A stretch of DNA of 64,000 bases from Podarcis vaucheri (Eukaryota): NCBI GenBank assembly GCA_965113315.1, contig OZ220364.1; one strand, written 5' to 3'. Within the stretch, counting starts at the first letter, position 1. The number at the start of each line of letters is the position of its first letter. Made by a program: the position numbers and the translations under genes. The notes beneath the pieces were generated by a model, which searched no databases, was not told the origin of the DNA, and saw only the letters and a program-made list of their open reading frames with translations. This document shows positions 15,301 to 30,300 of the stretch, in pieces.

Positions 15301-18300
15301 GCTTCCAGACATCTGGTCAGTGTGTCTGGGGCCGAGTCAGGATGGCCATCCATCAACAGATAGAGTTGGGTGTCATCAGCATACTGATGGCAACCCAGCC
15401 CAAAACTCCGGACAAGCTGGGCGAGGGGGCACATAAAGATGTTAAAAAGCATCGGAGAGAGAATCGCACCCTGAGGCACTCCACACACCAAGGAGTGGCA
15501 CGATGACAATTCCCCCCCCAAGCGCCACCAGAGAGAAACGAGCGCAGCCATTGAAGGACTGTGCCCTGGATCCCCCACGTCGGCAAGGCGGTGGTCCAGG
15601 AGTTCGTGTCAAAGGCTGCTGACAGATCTAGAAGAATCAGCAGCCCCGACCCGCCTCGATCCAGCTGCCTGCGGAGATCATCTGTTAGGGCGACCAGAGC
15701 CGTCTCGGTTCTTCTACCACCTCTATTGCTGTTTTATTTCCTGTAATTTCATTTTTTTTTAATTTTAATGTTATTGCAAGTCACCTTGGAATTTTTAAAC
15801 TGGAAATGTGGCTTATAATTTTAAATAATGAAAGAATAAATAAAAATGAAATGAATACCTAGGGAACATGTGTTAAAAAATCAGGTAACCTATAGGTTTT
15901 CAACAGCATGCAATTCTCCCTCTGCATTTTCTGAACTCAGCAGCCTTTGTGAAGGTGCTACCTGGAACTATTTGGTGGAACACTAAAACCTTCTGCTAAA
16001 TCCTCCCTAAGGACCTGCCTTTTCAGCATGTCTGAGAGCACTTATCATTATTCCCCATTTTCCTATGAATAGTGTATCTCTTTTCTCTTTCTTTTGGCTT
16101 ACCTCACAATCTAATGATTTCATGCTCTTTTGACAAGTTTGTACACCATCAGCTCTCCATTATAATCTCCATCCACAGCCTATATACCTGATCCTGCACT
16201 CATTCACATCACATAAACATCTACAAAACATTAGAAATCAGGAACAATTGTCTGAAGGCACTAATTCAGAATTCTATTGCCGTTCAGAACAATAATTCTG
16301 TAATTAATCATCTCTGGAACACAAAAAAAGCAAGTTGGAGATCTGGGACTATTCTTTCTCAAAAATGTAGCAAATATATAGCAAAACAGCTCAGCAATGC
16401 TTCAGGCACACTGGCATGCAAACGGTATCCATCATAAGATGCTATGGGAGGAAATAGCAGCATTTAATCCTGTTGCTTTATCGATCCCTCTTGTCCTAAT
16501 ATAAAGTGATGTAATAATGAACGATGTGCAGGTCCCTATTCAAAGCTGCTATGGATCACTTTTATGATGTGTATTGGCTATCACAGTAATGATAGAACCA
16601 CCACTTTTCTTGGAAGAGCTGTATTAAATCAGTGCTTTATTCTGTCAGGTAGTAATTCCAAGCTCCAGAATAATAAAGATTATTTATAACAATACTCTAA
16701 TACGTACATTCTGGGCAATTGGAACAACAGGTTTATTTCTGTGAGAGATGAATTCAGTTAGTTAACTGTATATACGGCTCTGGACATTTTTGCGGAGAAT
16801 GACACAGAAATTCTTAAAATAAAAATGAACAAATTGCAATTAATTATGTAGAGGGGGCAATTATATATATATATATTTAAATGCCCCCTTTCAATAATCA
16901 CAGCTAAAAGTGATCCAAAATATGTTAGTGCAGCAAAATACTTCAAATTATTGCTTTCACTTCCCTAGGTGCTGATTTTCCCCACCTTGTGTTACTGCAT
17001 TTGTTTTGTTACTGCTGAGTAAGTATTCCCCTCCCCCAAGTAACTACTAATCACAGTAGAAACTAATTACCAGATTTCCTTTATCTCCATAAATGGTGAC
17101 ATCATGCTATGCAGGGATAATTGAAACGGTAATATTTAACTTACCATTCTTTCTTCGCTTTGAAGAGGATTATAGTTCAAGATTCTCTGTTAAGTGCTAC
17201 TGTGGAATTCCAAAGCTAGTTTTTGTGGACCTCGCTTTAGAGTTGTGCCATTATTTTTGGAAATTTATTTCCATCTCTCTAACTATATTTCAATCTAGAT
17301 TACCTTCGGTTTGCCTTTGATTCGATGCCTGCTATGCTCAAATGCATCTTGTTCCAAAACTAAGAATACTGAATTTGCTATTTCCCCAGCCACCATTGTT
17401 CTCCAACAGCAGTGAGTACATGGCATGGTAGGTTATGCATGCTGCCCTCTAATGCTCAAAGACAGGAAACACAGATCTTTGTCTGTTACTTGCTCTCCTC
17501 CTCCTCTGGATCAATTTCTTGTCTTGACTCAGAGCAGGAATGTGTGTGCACTCCCAATTCTTCTACTCCTCCTCAGGTTTGTATAGCTTGTCATAAAATG
17601 GACTGGTCAAAAGGAGGAGGGAAACAAGGAATGGACAAACATATGTGTTATCTGACTTCTGAAACAAGATGGAGGCTTTACCCACCACACCATGTGTTTA
17701 ACACCTCTGAGAAACACCTTTCAGGTGAGAACAGTTCCATTTCCTGATGCTGTTCTTCAGATGCATTCTGTCCGGAGATGCTGTTCTTCAGATGCATTCT
17801 GTCCGGAGAAAACAAACAAGAGTGCTCTGACACAGAGCTTGAAAGTGCTGACTGGGCGTGGAAAATGTGGACAAAAGTTAAGTGTGAATAAGTCCAGAGA
17901 TGGAGAGATTCGGTGGCTACAATGATATAAAAGGCAACATTGGCAGCACCAAGAGTGGTGAGATGAGAATGACTGTAAAGGAGATTCCGTGTCAAATTAA
18001 ATTGGAAAAAGCAGGATCAAAGTGCAGACTCCTCTTTTCACTTCATCCTCACATGTGGAATTCCATAGGCATTTCTCGAAAACAACACTCAAGGGAATTT
18101 TGTTAATTAGGATACATGCTCCCCCATGTAGTTTACAATGGCCCATTCTGAAACTATCAATATGTGTTTGCTTACCTGTATTCTTTGTCAAAAGAGATAC
18201 ATTTGGAGTCATGTTTGCAAGGATTTAGCTCTGGGACACAGTGGTTGATCACCTCATCACATAGCTCCCCTGGGGTAGAAACAAATTAAGAGGGCTTTAA

Positions 18301-21300
18301 AAACAACTCTGATGTGAGACATTGGTTGATTTTCTTGAACTATCGTGGAAAAAGGTTTAGGGACAAATGGCCATTGAAGAATAACAGATTAATGCAAAGG
18401 TCTGATGGTGTGCGGACCAAAGAAAAGTGAACCCACAAACTGTTGAACAAGCTGAATCTTGAGGCACAGATTAAGGGCTTATCCACACTTACTGTTCCTC
18501 TGTGCTTTCAAGGTGCAGTTCGCTCTCTAAAGCTCTATGTCAGAGTGATATTTTCTTCTTCTTCAGTGCTTTCCTTGTGAAAACCCAATCTTTGTCGCTG
18601 AATTGGAGCAAACAGCAATTTGGGGTTTCAGTGGATTGCGTTTGCTCCAATGCAGCTGTAAAGAGTGGGCTTTTGTGGGGGGAAAGCTGGGGCAAAACAA
18701 TAAGCTGTCAAACATGAACCTGGAATGTCCAGACATGCATGGAAGTCAGAGCAACAGTAAGCATGGATGAGCCTTTATTGTGGCCTAAGCCTTTCTGGAC
18801 AAGATGAAGAGGCATCTGATGAAGTGTTATCAGGCCACAATAAACCTGTTTGCCCAAGGTGCCACAAAAGTAAGTTGTTTTTGTTGCAACACACTGCCAC
18901 AGCTGCCCTCGGGATTTGGAGCAGCTCACTACCTCACACCAATAATTATATCCATTTCAGTGAACAGGTTTTACAACAGGATAGAGAGTAATATCACATA
19001 CACTGTTCCTTGCTTTGGCACAACATTAAGCTTTAACTGGTACTTGACCACATGACAAGGTCCCTGGATCCAGCAGCAAAGAGAACTAGTGACTCATTTA
19101 TTAACATGTGGAGTAACATTATTGCTGCAAAAATGTTTTGAACAAAGCACTAACTTTCATTTAGAGCCAATGTTTTATTTTTCCTGCAAGAATATTGTAA
19201 GTTTATTCAAAATGGTAAAAATAGTCTATTTTGTAATGCTAAACAGATTGAAGACTTCATATGATTTATAAACATCTACTAAAAGAGCACAGAACCTCCT
19301 GAACCCAAATAATATACTGTCTTCTAGGTAATATGGCCCTCAAGGGCAAGGAATAGTTCAGCTGGTTTTAGTTATTACCTGTTCAGTCTAAGGTCTAATT
19401 TTGTATTTTTAACTACTAATAATGAACAGATCCACAATGTTCAAATCCAGCCCTATTTGGTTACACTTCTGTAACTTAGACTTGAGATATTGCCCATGGA
19501 GGATGCAAAACCCTTTTTGTATATGTAATATCTGGTTTATTAAACCCTTATAACATATTTGTTCCAGAAGTCTACTGAGCAGTCTGAGCCACAATGTAAA
19601 ATTGCACAGATAAGTCCTATATATGTAGATAGCCCAACATGCATTTCAAACACATAACTGTCTCTAAATAGCCACAACAAAAGCTTCCACTGGCAAAAAT
19701 GAAGCTGTAAATATGCAAACAGATCAGAGTCAATTCCATATTTTGCTATATATTCAGCTTAATGGCAAAACTCATTACTGGAGGGAAAAACCAAACAATA
19801 ACATCCTACAATATTACTAGTACTTATGGCTAAAGCACTGTACACTCACAAGCCTGTGCTAAGTGTCTGTTGTAAATGATGCCAAAAGGAATTGAACAAA
19901 GTCAGAACCACATGGGGTTCCCCTAACTATAAATAATTTATGGCACTCACCTTGCTTGAAGGGAGGGGAGCAGTGTTAACTCAAGTCAGATTCAGGGGAA
20001 TGACCAAATGAGTATTCAAAAAGTATATGGTTGTGTATAGTTACAGCACAACTCAACCACTTTCATAACTTGCTGCTGTTCCCAGCAGACACTCCAAAGT
20101 GCTAGGCCTATTGCATATCAACCTGGGATTTTCTTACAAAAGAGGGGAAATCAGTTTGGGGTATACTGGAACAGTTATAAATCCAGCTGACACCTGTTCA
20201 GTTCTGCAGAGAATGCCAAACCAGAGAGTTTTCTTTTCTAAATCAGGACAGTGCATATTATCTTGTGTACAGCACCTAGTTATGTTGGATGCTTCGGCAA
20301 TAATAATTATTTATATTGTCTAAGCACATGGGGGGGGGACCACAAAGCATGAATTTATGCTGGCATTGCAGATTTGTTATAATGGAACTGCATTCAAATA
20401 CTAAAACAAATGTTTGGAGACTGGGGAATCCAGGCAATTTTCAGAGCATCACAGCTACAAAGTGGTAGAACCATTTTACCAAGAATTGGCACCTGTCAAT
20501 AATGGCCCAGGCCTTCTAATAGTTTTAAGGATCTCACAACTTATTATGAAACTGAGAACTTTGCTAAAACTGAAATTGAATTTTTCTAGTACCAATGAGT
20601 TGTAGTAAATATCTTATATTTTGTCTGTTGGCCAAACATATGAAGCTTAATTTTATTCAACAAGTCATCCTTCACTAACAGACAGAACTACTGGGCCATG
20701 ACCAATCTCTCCTACATTTGAAATCTTCATTTAAAGAATAAAGAGGCAGGTTCAGATAAATAATTAAATTATATGCCATCATTTTTCTCCACTGATATCA
20801 TTTATTCCCTGAGCCCACACCAGGCTGGAAATCACTATAATAAATTCAAGTGTAATTAAGAACACAATTCTATACCCATTGATTCAATGAAGCTTCCTTC
20901 CAAGTAGGTAGAAGATTGTAGTCTCAATGTCATATTTAGTAGCCAACTAATACACTTTTAGAAAAATGACTTTTAGCAAAATTAAAGCAGTGCTACTTAC
21001 TCCTCAAATTTGTCAAGCCCAAAAGTAATTTCTGAAAGAAAATCTTAAGAATTTTGTATTTTCCCAGACCATATGTCATCCCTATGCCTCTACAAGAAAG
21101 CTTCTTCCTGATATATAAAAGATATGAGCTACCATCTAGTTCCTTGCTCTGCCCAACTACAAGACCTAAATCTGCCATTTTAATTATGCAATAAGCAAGA
21201 AATCTAACCTTACTTCTATCATTTCCACAGTAACTGAGCTGCTTACCACATCGTCTCCAATGTGCTTATCCACATGGAACTGTGGGGTAATTTGGGCACA

Positions 21301-24300
21301 TGAATATTAAACCTACAGATTCACAGCATGAAGCTTAATTCTTGTTCCTGAATCACTTCTCAATGACATCACATTTCCTCATCTCAACTTTTGCATGTAA
21401 ACTAAAACATATAAGCTAGAATTTTTTAATTTATTATTATCACCTCCATTTTTTCATCATTATATTTTATTTGTAAAGCTTTGAAAATTACAAAATACTG
21501 TGTAATACATTTTTTAAAACAGAATTCTCTGCCTCTGGGCTAATTCTTTGCCTCATGTGTCATAAAAGTTTTTTTAATTGCATTGCTTGAAATAAAAAGT
21601 ATCTTTTTCAGTACCATACCAAACTGAACAAGAAACCTAAAATGTAATTTACTTGACATACAAAATTATATTTTGGCATGTGCTAGCATCCCCTAATGTA
21701 CTAATATTTTCATATTTTGCATTTTTTAATGCAACAACAACCACTCTTCACCCTAATGTTCCAGAGCAGGTTACAACATTAAAACAGTTTAAAGTAGCTT
21801 AAATTTAAAATAATATATGTAACAAACGTTATCATGCACTGGATTAATGTGTGAATGACATTCCTAGTTGCACACTAGGATCCTTTAGCGCTGCTTTGTC
21901 TTATTTTTTTATTTAAGAGTCTCCACCCGTACGTCAGAATCTGGTTGCCACCAAATCCCTGTAAGCTGGGATGGTGGTACAAGGTGGATGTTGGAACTGA
22001 AAGCACAAAGGTCAAAAAAGCAGGATGCTGAGGTCTGCTTTGAATCCAGTGCTATGACTATGGGAGAAGTCAGAAACTCTTGGAATGTAAAGCTGGAGAA
22101 CCTTTCCCAGTAGACTCCAGTTGCATATATGTGTAAATAAGCCATATATCATGAAGACACCAGAAGCTCTGTTGTGCCTCATTGTTCAGAAACATAGACT
22201 CTGGGTTAAAGCGAGCCTGCAACCCCTGGAATCTCGTGCTGTTCAGAGATTGGGGTGACATGTAACAATATGTTAATACAGTGGTACCTCGGGTTAAGTA
22301 CTTAATTCGTTCCGGAGGTCCGTTCTTAACCTGAAACTGTTCTTAACCTGAAGCACCACTTTGGTACCTCCTGCTGCTGCCGCGACGCCAGAGCACGATT
22401 TCTGTTCTCATCCTGAAGCAACGTTCTTAACCTGAAGCGTATGTAACCCAAGGTACCACTGTACTGACTCATCCTGACCTCCTATGACTCCAGAACTAAG
22501 GCAGCTAAACAACAAGCTAACATAGAAACAATCTCCATGGAGCTGGTTTCATTTAATTATTTTGCCAATTTACCACAATGGAATTACCACATCAGAATAC
22601 ATGCCATTTGTTTCATGCCACATTCAATGTTTTAAACCCATAATCTGAATCATATTGTTAACTTGTTCAGTGGAAGGGGAAACTACTGGGTGTACCAACA
22701 ACTTTTTTAAAAAACCAAATTTCCTTCCAATTTTAATAGCTGATTGGTTAAGGTAAAGCCAAATACCATATGTTCTGTATTTCCATTGCCTGAATATAGG
22801 ACACTCCTTACATTTGTTTTTAATATTAATTATAATAAGAAATAGGACATGGAAAATATTTTCAGCTTTATTCAGAAACATCTTGTGCAGAGCCCAAAGC
22901 TGGGGGGGGGGGATATTGAAAGGCAACTCCCCGCCCCAAAAAGGCAGGAATAAAATGAGCATTATACAATTGGCTAACATTTGCAACCACCTAAAGAAAA
23001 AAATAGCATAAAGTTGCAAAACAGTAGGCACCACGTTCATATATTTACTAGGACTTGTGGAAACAATCTTTGGCAAGGTTTTTTTCCTTTAGCAATGTAT
23101 ATGCAGTGGGCAATGTTGCCACATAAAAGCATTAAAGCAGCTCTGCTACATCAGACCCAGAGTTCATGTAGTCCTGCAGCCCAAAGCAAGCAAAATGCTT
23201 CAGGGAAACCCACTACTGGGTTATGAAGCCAAAAATCATTATTTAGGGTACATTACTACTATATTATGATTTGGATTTGATATAGAAGAAGAGTTTGGAT
23301 TTGATATCCCGCTTTATCACTACCCTACGGAGTCTCAAAGCGGCTAACAATCTCCTTTCCCTTCCTCCCCCACAACAAACACTCTGTGAGGTGAGTGAGG
23401 CTGAGAGACTCAGAGAAGTGTGACTGGCCCAAGGTCACCCAGCAGCTGCATGTGGAGGTTACACTGCAAAGTAAAGGGTGTGCCACTTCTAGGCACATAA
23501 TCTTTCCAAGGTATTTCCATAATCAAACAAGGTCACAAAAAGTAACAAAACAAGAACTCAACACAGACTAAAAGATTAAGTAACAGAAGAGGTTTTTTAT
23601 ATCAAAGGCATTTTTATTGGTTTCATATTTAGTCACTAGGGATAAAATCTTGACCATGTTTAAGCCAAAAAGAGATTCTTCCAGTGGAATTTTGCAGTAA
23701 TTTTAGCATCTGTCTATCAAATGGCAATATACTCCAGAAGAAACCTACAAACTGCCAGACCATTCTTAACTTTTAGGCATGAGAAACCAGCCATGCTTGT
23801 AAGGATGACATAATTCCCTGAGAACTGAATTGGTACCACTTCAGATATTACTGGTGGTAAAATTGTTCAGCTGTAATATTTTTAAATAAGGTTGAAACAG
23901 TATTTGACCCTATTTTTATTCAGCTGTGTGATCATGCTCAGCTGTAATGGGGGGAAGCCTTCCTAGATTATGTGCAAAATTAACCTACATACTGCTTTTA
24001 GACAATGTAGGTTTCATATTTCACTGAATTATACCTTACTTTCTCTTTTCCAAGCTATATTATCCAACCTTTAGTGTATTTCATCTAAATTCCAAGACAC
24101 TTCTACAATCACTCTCTTTTGGGAGGAAAAAAATCAAATATACAACTATACAAAGAATATACAAATGAATTCAAAACTCTTTTGAGAATCAGTACAGGAA
24201 ATAGCTCTAAGCTGCACACAAGTCACAAGGCAGTAATAAAATTCTGTTTCCCTAGTATGATCAAAATAGATTTTCTTGAAATAGAAAGCAATAATCTCTG

Positions 24301-27300
24301 AACCTAAATATCCATTCATTTCTGAGCAGCACACTTGAAATAATGAAGACAAACATGCAAGCAGGTAAACAAACCCCAGTGAGCTTTGTTATAGACTTAA
24401 GTGGAAGATGACTGAAAATCTTCCCCGCAGACTGACTTTTTGTGCCAAGAGCTTTAGATTTGAGCTATTCTGAGCAGAGACAGAAGTAACTCAATGAAAG
24501 CCACTATCAACGCTGAAATCCCATCCTAAGCCCCTGTTCAAAATTATTTCCAGCGAGTCTGTTGAGATGCAGTATCCCCATCTCACATCAAATGCTTGAA
24601 AACACCATTTTGCTTATTTCAAGATGAGAGGAAAGATGCTGTTTTGTTTGTTTCAATTTTTTTATCCTTTATATATAGAAAGCAAAACTATAAAGTAAAA
24701 CTAAATGGATAAAAATTAGATATAACACAAAAATAACTACTGACTCAAAGCATCAGTTACTAACTTCTCCTCTTGGAGCTCCAGCAAGTTTCTGGCAGAA
24801 AGATGGTTAAAAGCCACAATTAGTTTTCGTTCAAGTGTAAGGTTTTTTTCCCAGCCAACCATTTACAAAAGCATCCCAAAAGGGCCCCAAACAACATTTT
24901 AAGAGTTTGGGAAATTTTAGATTTACTTACCAAGCCGCTCAAACCTGATACTTATTAAATCCCATGATATGTAATACACTCCAGCTTACAAGGAGCCTTT
25001 CACTAAGTGTCTGATGCTCAGAGAGTAGCAAGACCAGTTCACATTTTCATGGTTTATAAGAGCGTAGATATTTTCTTACCACTGCACAGTGAATATAAGC
25101 AGTTATGATTTGGTGGCTTGTATTCTTAGATCCTTGGGCAAATACCTTATATATTTGCTTACCTGTATAATTAGGGAGGCAGAGGCAGGCATAATTGTTT
25201 ACTCCATCCATGCAAGTTGAGTTGTTCTCGCAATCATTATCTTCACAGTCATCTGGATTACTTTCACATTTTTCACCCTCAAATCCAATAGGGCAGGAAC
25301 AACTTTTAATAGAAGAGTAAACAAGACAGAAAGACTAATTTACATTTCAGACTGAAATAAGTTGGTAGCATAAACAGCACAAACTAGTTTTGCACGTGTT
25401 GACCACTAAAGGTCATCAGTATTGAACGAAGAGGGTTGGCACCCATGAAAGGTCCCCAATATGAACTATTGACAGAATCCAGCAATATCCAGCACTGAAG
25501 GTTCCTAATAACCACATCTGAAAACCTGGCTATAAGCCAGGCTTCAAAATTATTTGCTGGCCGTATGTCGGAAAGCCAATAACAGAGACTCTCTGGACCG
25601 GACAGAAATGGGTAAAGCAGATATAAAAGGCCAGAGATTCAGGAGGGAGGGGCAGAATTGCAGTGGGCGATGAGGTAAGTGAACAGGGAAAAAGGTGTCT
25701 GTTTTGCAAGCTGAATTGTAAGAGGGAAGAGCAGGAGGCAGGCTGTTTTATGCTGCAGAGAGAGTCAGTGTTTGGGCTCTCTTTGAATCGGAGGCTGCAG
25801 CAATGGAAGAAACAGGACCCCTTTGGAATGTAATGCTCTGCACTCTATCTAGGCTCAGCTTGTATATATGTGTAAATAAACCATAAATCATAAACCAAAG
25901 TCTCTGCTGTCCCTTATTGTACAAAAGAAAACACAGACTCTGGTGAGTGTGCCTGGTACCCCTGGTACCACAGCTCAGAGATTGTGGTGGTGTGTAACAA
26001 TACTAGAGAGAGCTGTTTTAGTAATCTGCTTGGTCGGGGAGCCTATTTAGGCTGAAAAGTGAGTTAAAAGTGAGGTAAAAATACTTTAAAAAACAATAAA
26101 AATTGTATGATTAGTAGCCACCATTAATTACATCTTTTTACATGTGACTGTGAATGCATGTTTGTGTAATAACTGAGAACAGGAATAATACTGAATTATG
26201 TTTTATTTATTTTCTAACTCAAGTCTATAGCAGCTCACCAGTAACAGGCAACACAACAAAAAAAGACAGCAATGTTTTAAATATGTGATTTCTGGAACAT
26301 TTTAAGCAGTTCACTTCTTTATATATAAAAATATCCACATACCACAGTTTCACTATAAGAAGCATGAAATTTGTTTGTAATTATACATACCACAATTTAA
26401 ATTTTTTAATTTTTTTTTTTAAAAATTAAAAATGCAATTAAGAGGGTAGATTCACAGAAACCCTCCCTCACACAATATGTAGAAAAGTAACAAGTACCGG
26501 TAAGTTGCCCTCCTTTGCCCTCAAATGTGTGAGAACTACCCCTTCTTATGATGCGGAAGCATTAAAAAAATGCAGCCCATCACTTGAGTATATTCTAGGA
26601 CAGGAGAGGGTAACATATGGCCTTTCAAACGTTCTTCCCATCACTCCCAGCCAGAATGCTCAATGGCCGGTAACGATGGGAGCTTTAATTCAGCAAGATC
26701 TGAGGCCAAATTTAGTAATCCCTGATCTTGAAAGCTACAGTATGTGTTGTGTACACTGGAGTCTGTGTGCTTCCTATGCAAAAAGCCTGAGGTGGGAAAA
26801 CCCTAAATAAAATATGTAGCTGGATAAAGGAACAAACAAAGAATAAAAAGCAGAGGCAGGCAATTTTGTAGAAGTCAACATTGCTGAGTCAAAAGTATCT
26901 GCTTATTTCATATTCATGAACAACAAAAAAGGGACAAGTGGTCTCTCCTGAGCCAAAGGAGCAACTTTTCTTTTTAAAGTATAAGGACAAAGTAGTACAC
27001 AACTATACAGCATGACAACACAAAACTTGGATACTTGCAGACCATATGCCCCCCAAATAATAAAAGAACCATAAAAGCAATTTGAACTGATTGTGCAGAA
27101 CAGCTCCTGACACTTCTCATCCCACACTCACCACTCATAGGTCATAATAGCTGGAAGGGACAGGGATATATCTTTAGAAGGGATGACTGAAAACAAACTG
27201 CTTGAATCAATTCTACTTAAAGCACACTAAATCAGTATGAAATATTTTCTTTGCCTGTCTTTTACCTCATTAGTACCAATAAAAAACGTCCTCTTTCTGA

Positions 27301-30300
27301 CCCTTTGGTGATACTCAGGATCACATGAGGCAGATAAGGGAAGACAGGAAGAGCTGGCACAGCATCTTTTGTAGCCAAGAAAGGGGATGGGGGGAGTAGG
27401 ATAAAAGAACTCTAATTAAATAAAGTGATCCATTCATCATGTCTCCCGTTTCCATTACAAAACCCCATTTTTCAGGGCTTTATAACTCAGCCATAAAAAT
27501 GTGCTCTAGGCTGCAACTTGGCACACAAGGTCTCAGTTTGGGAGCACAGATTCATTCTTTCATTTGAAAAGAAAAGAAAAATGAGAAGCCTGTACTAGCT
27601 TCTTTTATTGTCTATTTCTGTATGCCACATTCTGACTAGAACAGGTGATGTTTACAATAAACAGTATACTACTAATAAGGACTGGCAATAACACAACACT
27701 GTTCAAACAATATGCATTTCCATCATTAGCATACAACATTCAAGCTATAGTTATAAACTCAGGAACCATATCTTTGTTTAAAAAAAGACAGAAAAAGAAG
27801 AGAGAACTTTTGAAACTAGAAGTATTATTTATTGGCATATGTAATGAGCGCCTATTTACTTATTTAATCCAGACTAATTAACTGCTAAATAAATACACTG
27901 GTACCTCGGGTTACTAATGCATCGGGTTACAAACACTTCGGGTTACAAACTCCACTAACCCGGAAGTAGTAACTCGGGTTGAGAACTTTGCCCCAGGATG
28001 AGAACGGAAATCGCATGCCGGCAGCAGCAGCGGGAGGCCCCATTAGCTAAAGTGTGCCTCAGGTTAAGAACAGTTTCGGGTTAAGAACGGACCTCCTGAA
28101 TGAATTAAGTTTGTAACCCGAGGTACCACTGTAAATAAGCACTAAGTAGTTTAAATATAATACAAGCAGGTCCTGCTTTCTGAACACAGTATGTTCCATG
28201 GAAACTGTTCACATAACGAGTCCATGGTTACCATTATTTCCTATGGATATATTTCTAATCTAGGATTTTTTGAATCTCTCTCCCTGCTTTTTCAATGGTT
28301 GCAGCCAATTAGCAAAAGAAAGACAAAATAAAAAACTGATTTGTCTCAACACTCCTACTCTCTGATTCATTCAGTCTAGTTCCCCCCTCCTTCTATTGTT
28401 TCTGCCCAGAAATGGTTGCTGACGGCCAGCAAAGCAAGGAAGTAAGAAAGCCATTTGTTTGGATAAGTGAATCTGCAGAGCATATAGCAAGATTTGGGCA
28501 TAATTGTTAATGTGAGGATAAGTGAATTTTTGGATAGCGAGCATGTGGATAGTAGGACCTAAGTATAGTATAAATTATTCCTTAAAGATAGCCATTAATC
28601 TAGACAATTTTTTGTTCCAGATGTAGTATTGTAATGTGCTTTTGAAAATGGCAATTGATGCAAAATGTAGTGGCCATGGAGGTAATGGGGCAGTGGATTG
28701 AATGCATTTACCGGTAATCCCCATTTTAAAAGTTAATCTGGTTGGCTTGGTGCTAAAAGTCCTGCTCCCATATATACCTGCCCATGCCTTGAGATGTACA
28801 GATGAGGCTTTCCTGGTGGTCCCAATACAGCCTGAAATACACAGCACAAGGCTTTGCGAAAGGACCTTTTCAGTTGTGGCCCCATGCCTGTGGAATTTCT
28901 TTGCCACTTAAATGTGTCTAGCTCCTTCAATAAATGTGTCTAGCTCCTGTGTCAATAATCAAATAAATAAATGATGTAGCTGGGAGAGCTACTGCGAAAA
29001 TTATGTCTGTTCTGACTGGCATCTCAAGCAAGAGGACTACACTGCATTAAACACAAACCACTCATTTCCTTCTGTGTGCCACACTAAGACTTCAGGGATT
29101 AGTCTTAAACTAGTTCTTCTGGTGAACTGAAAAGACTCAGGGACACATTTCATTTCATATGCAAGCATAAGCTACGGCAAAATTACTGCCAGAGAAAACA
29201 TAAAGATTAATCAAATCTGAATGTGTAGTCAGAGAGGTTGGAAACTTGATTAGAGCAGAGGTTAGGAATTAAGACAGGCATGGCCAAACTTGGTCCTCTA
29301 GCTGTTTTAGGACTACAGTTCTCATCACCCCAGACCACTGGTCCTGTTAGCTAGGGATGATGGAAGTTGTAGTCCCAAAACAGCTGGACGGCCAAGTTTG
29401 CCCATGCCTGAATTAAGAGATTGGAGGCCTGTACATATGCGATACAGTAGTACCTCAGGTTAAGAACTTAATTCATTCTGGAGGTCCGTTCTTAACCTGA
29501 AACTGTTCTTAACCTGAGGTACCACTTTAGCTAATGGGGCCTCCTGCTGCCACTGCACCGCTGCCATGCAATTTCTGTTCTCATCCTGAAGTAATGTTCT
29601 TAACCTGAGGTACTATTTCTGGGTAAGCGGAGTCTGTAACCTGAAGCGTATGTAACTTGAAGCGCCTGTAACCCGAGGTACACTGTATTAACAACTCAAA
29701 TTAAGGAAGAAATATTCTCTCCCCCATTCCTGGATGTGATTATATGTTCTACAAAGTTATAGCAGCTGGATCATGCGGTCCTATATTTTATTGAAGAGGG
29801 CTACCAATCACCATGTTGGTGGGGGTCTGACATTTTTGAAAGATGCAGGTAGTTTTTTTTTGTTATGGAAATTTATAACATAAATTATAGTGGCAAAAAT
29901 GAGTTGTGTGTACAAGGCTTTAGAGTGGGAGGTTTCAGGAAGCTGCTGACTACATAAGCCACAATAAGGACCAATTACTATGGCTGCATATTCCTTCCCA
30001 GAAAGGGTATTTCTGTTACCATAGTGTAATTGGCTGAAGATTCTTTACACATTTTCCCTACTGAATGGGAACCACACAATCTCTTTGTTTAAGTTGTAGT
30101 AGCCATGCACTTTTCAAACATATTCATTGGGCCAAACTCTAAACCCTTTAAGGTGCAGAGGAATGTTGTATTTTCACTAAGAAACATGCATCTCAGTCTA
30201 GCACAGAACAGCACAGAACTTAATGATAAACTTTTAAAATATTTTTATCTTAGTAGAATTTTTATTTTAACATACATTTTAAAATATTTTTATCTTAACA

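Noticed and set aside
16099-16200. Donor-like GTAAGC that suggested the EGF4 exon
   Set aside because: The upstream sequence gives no EGF pattern; the true exon is 18176-18269.
22624-23076. 150-aa ORF and the many other short ORF-track entries
   Set aside because: AT-rich intronic frames with no domain signal, many with non-ATG starts.
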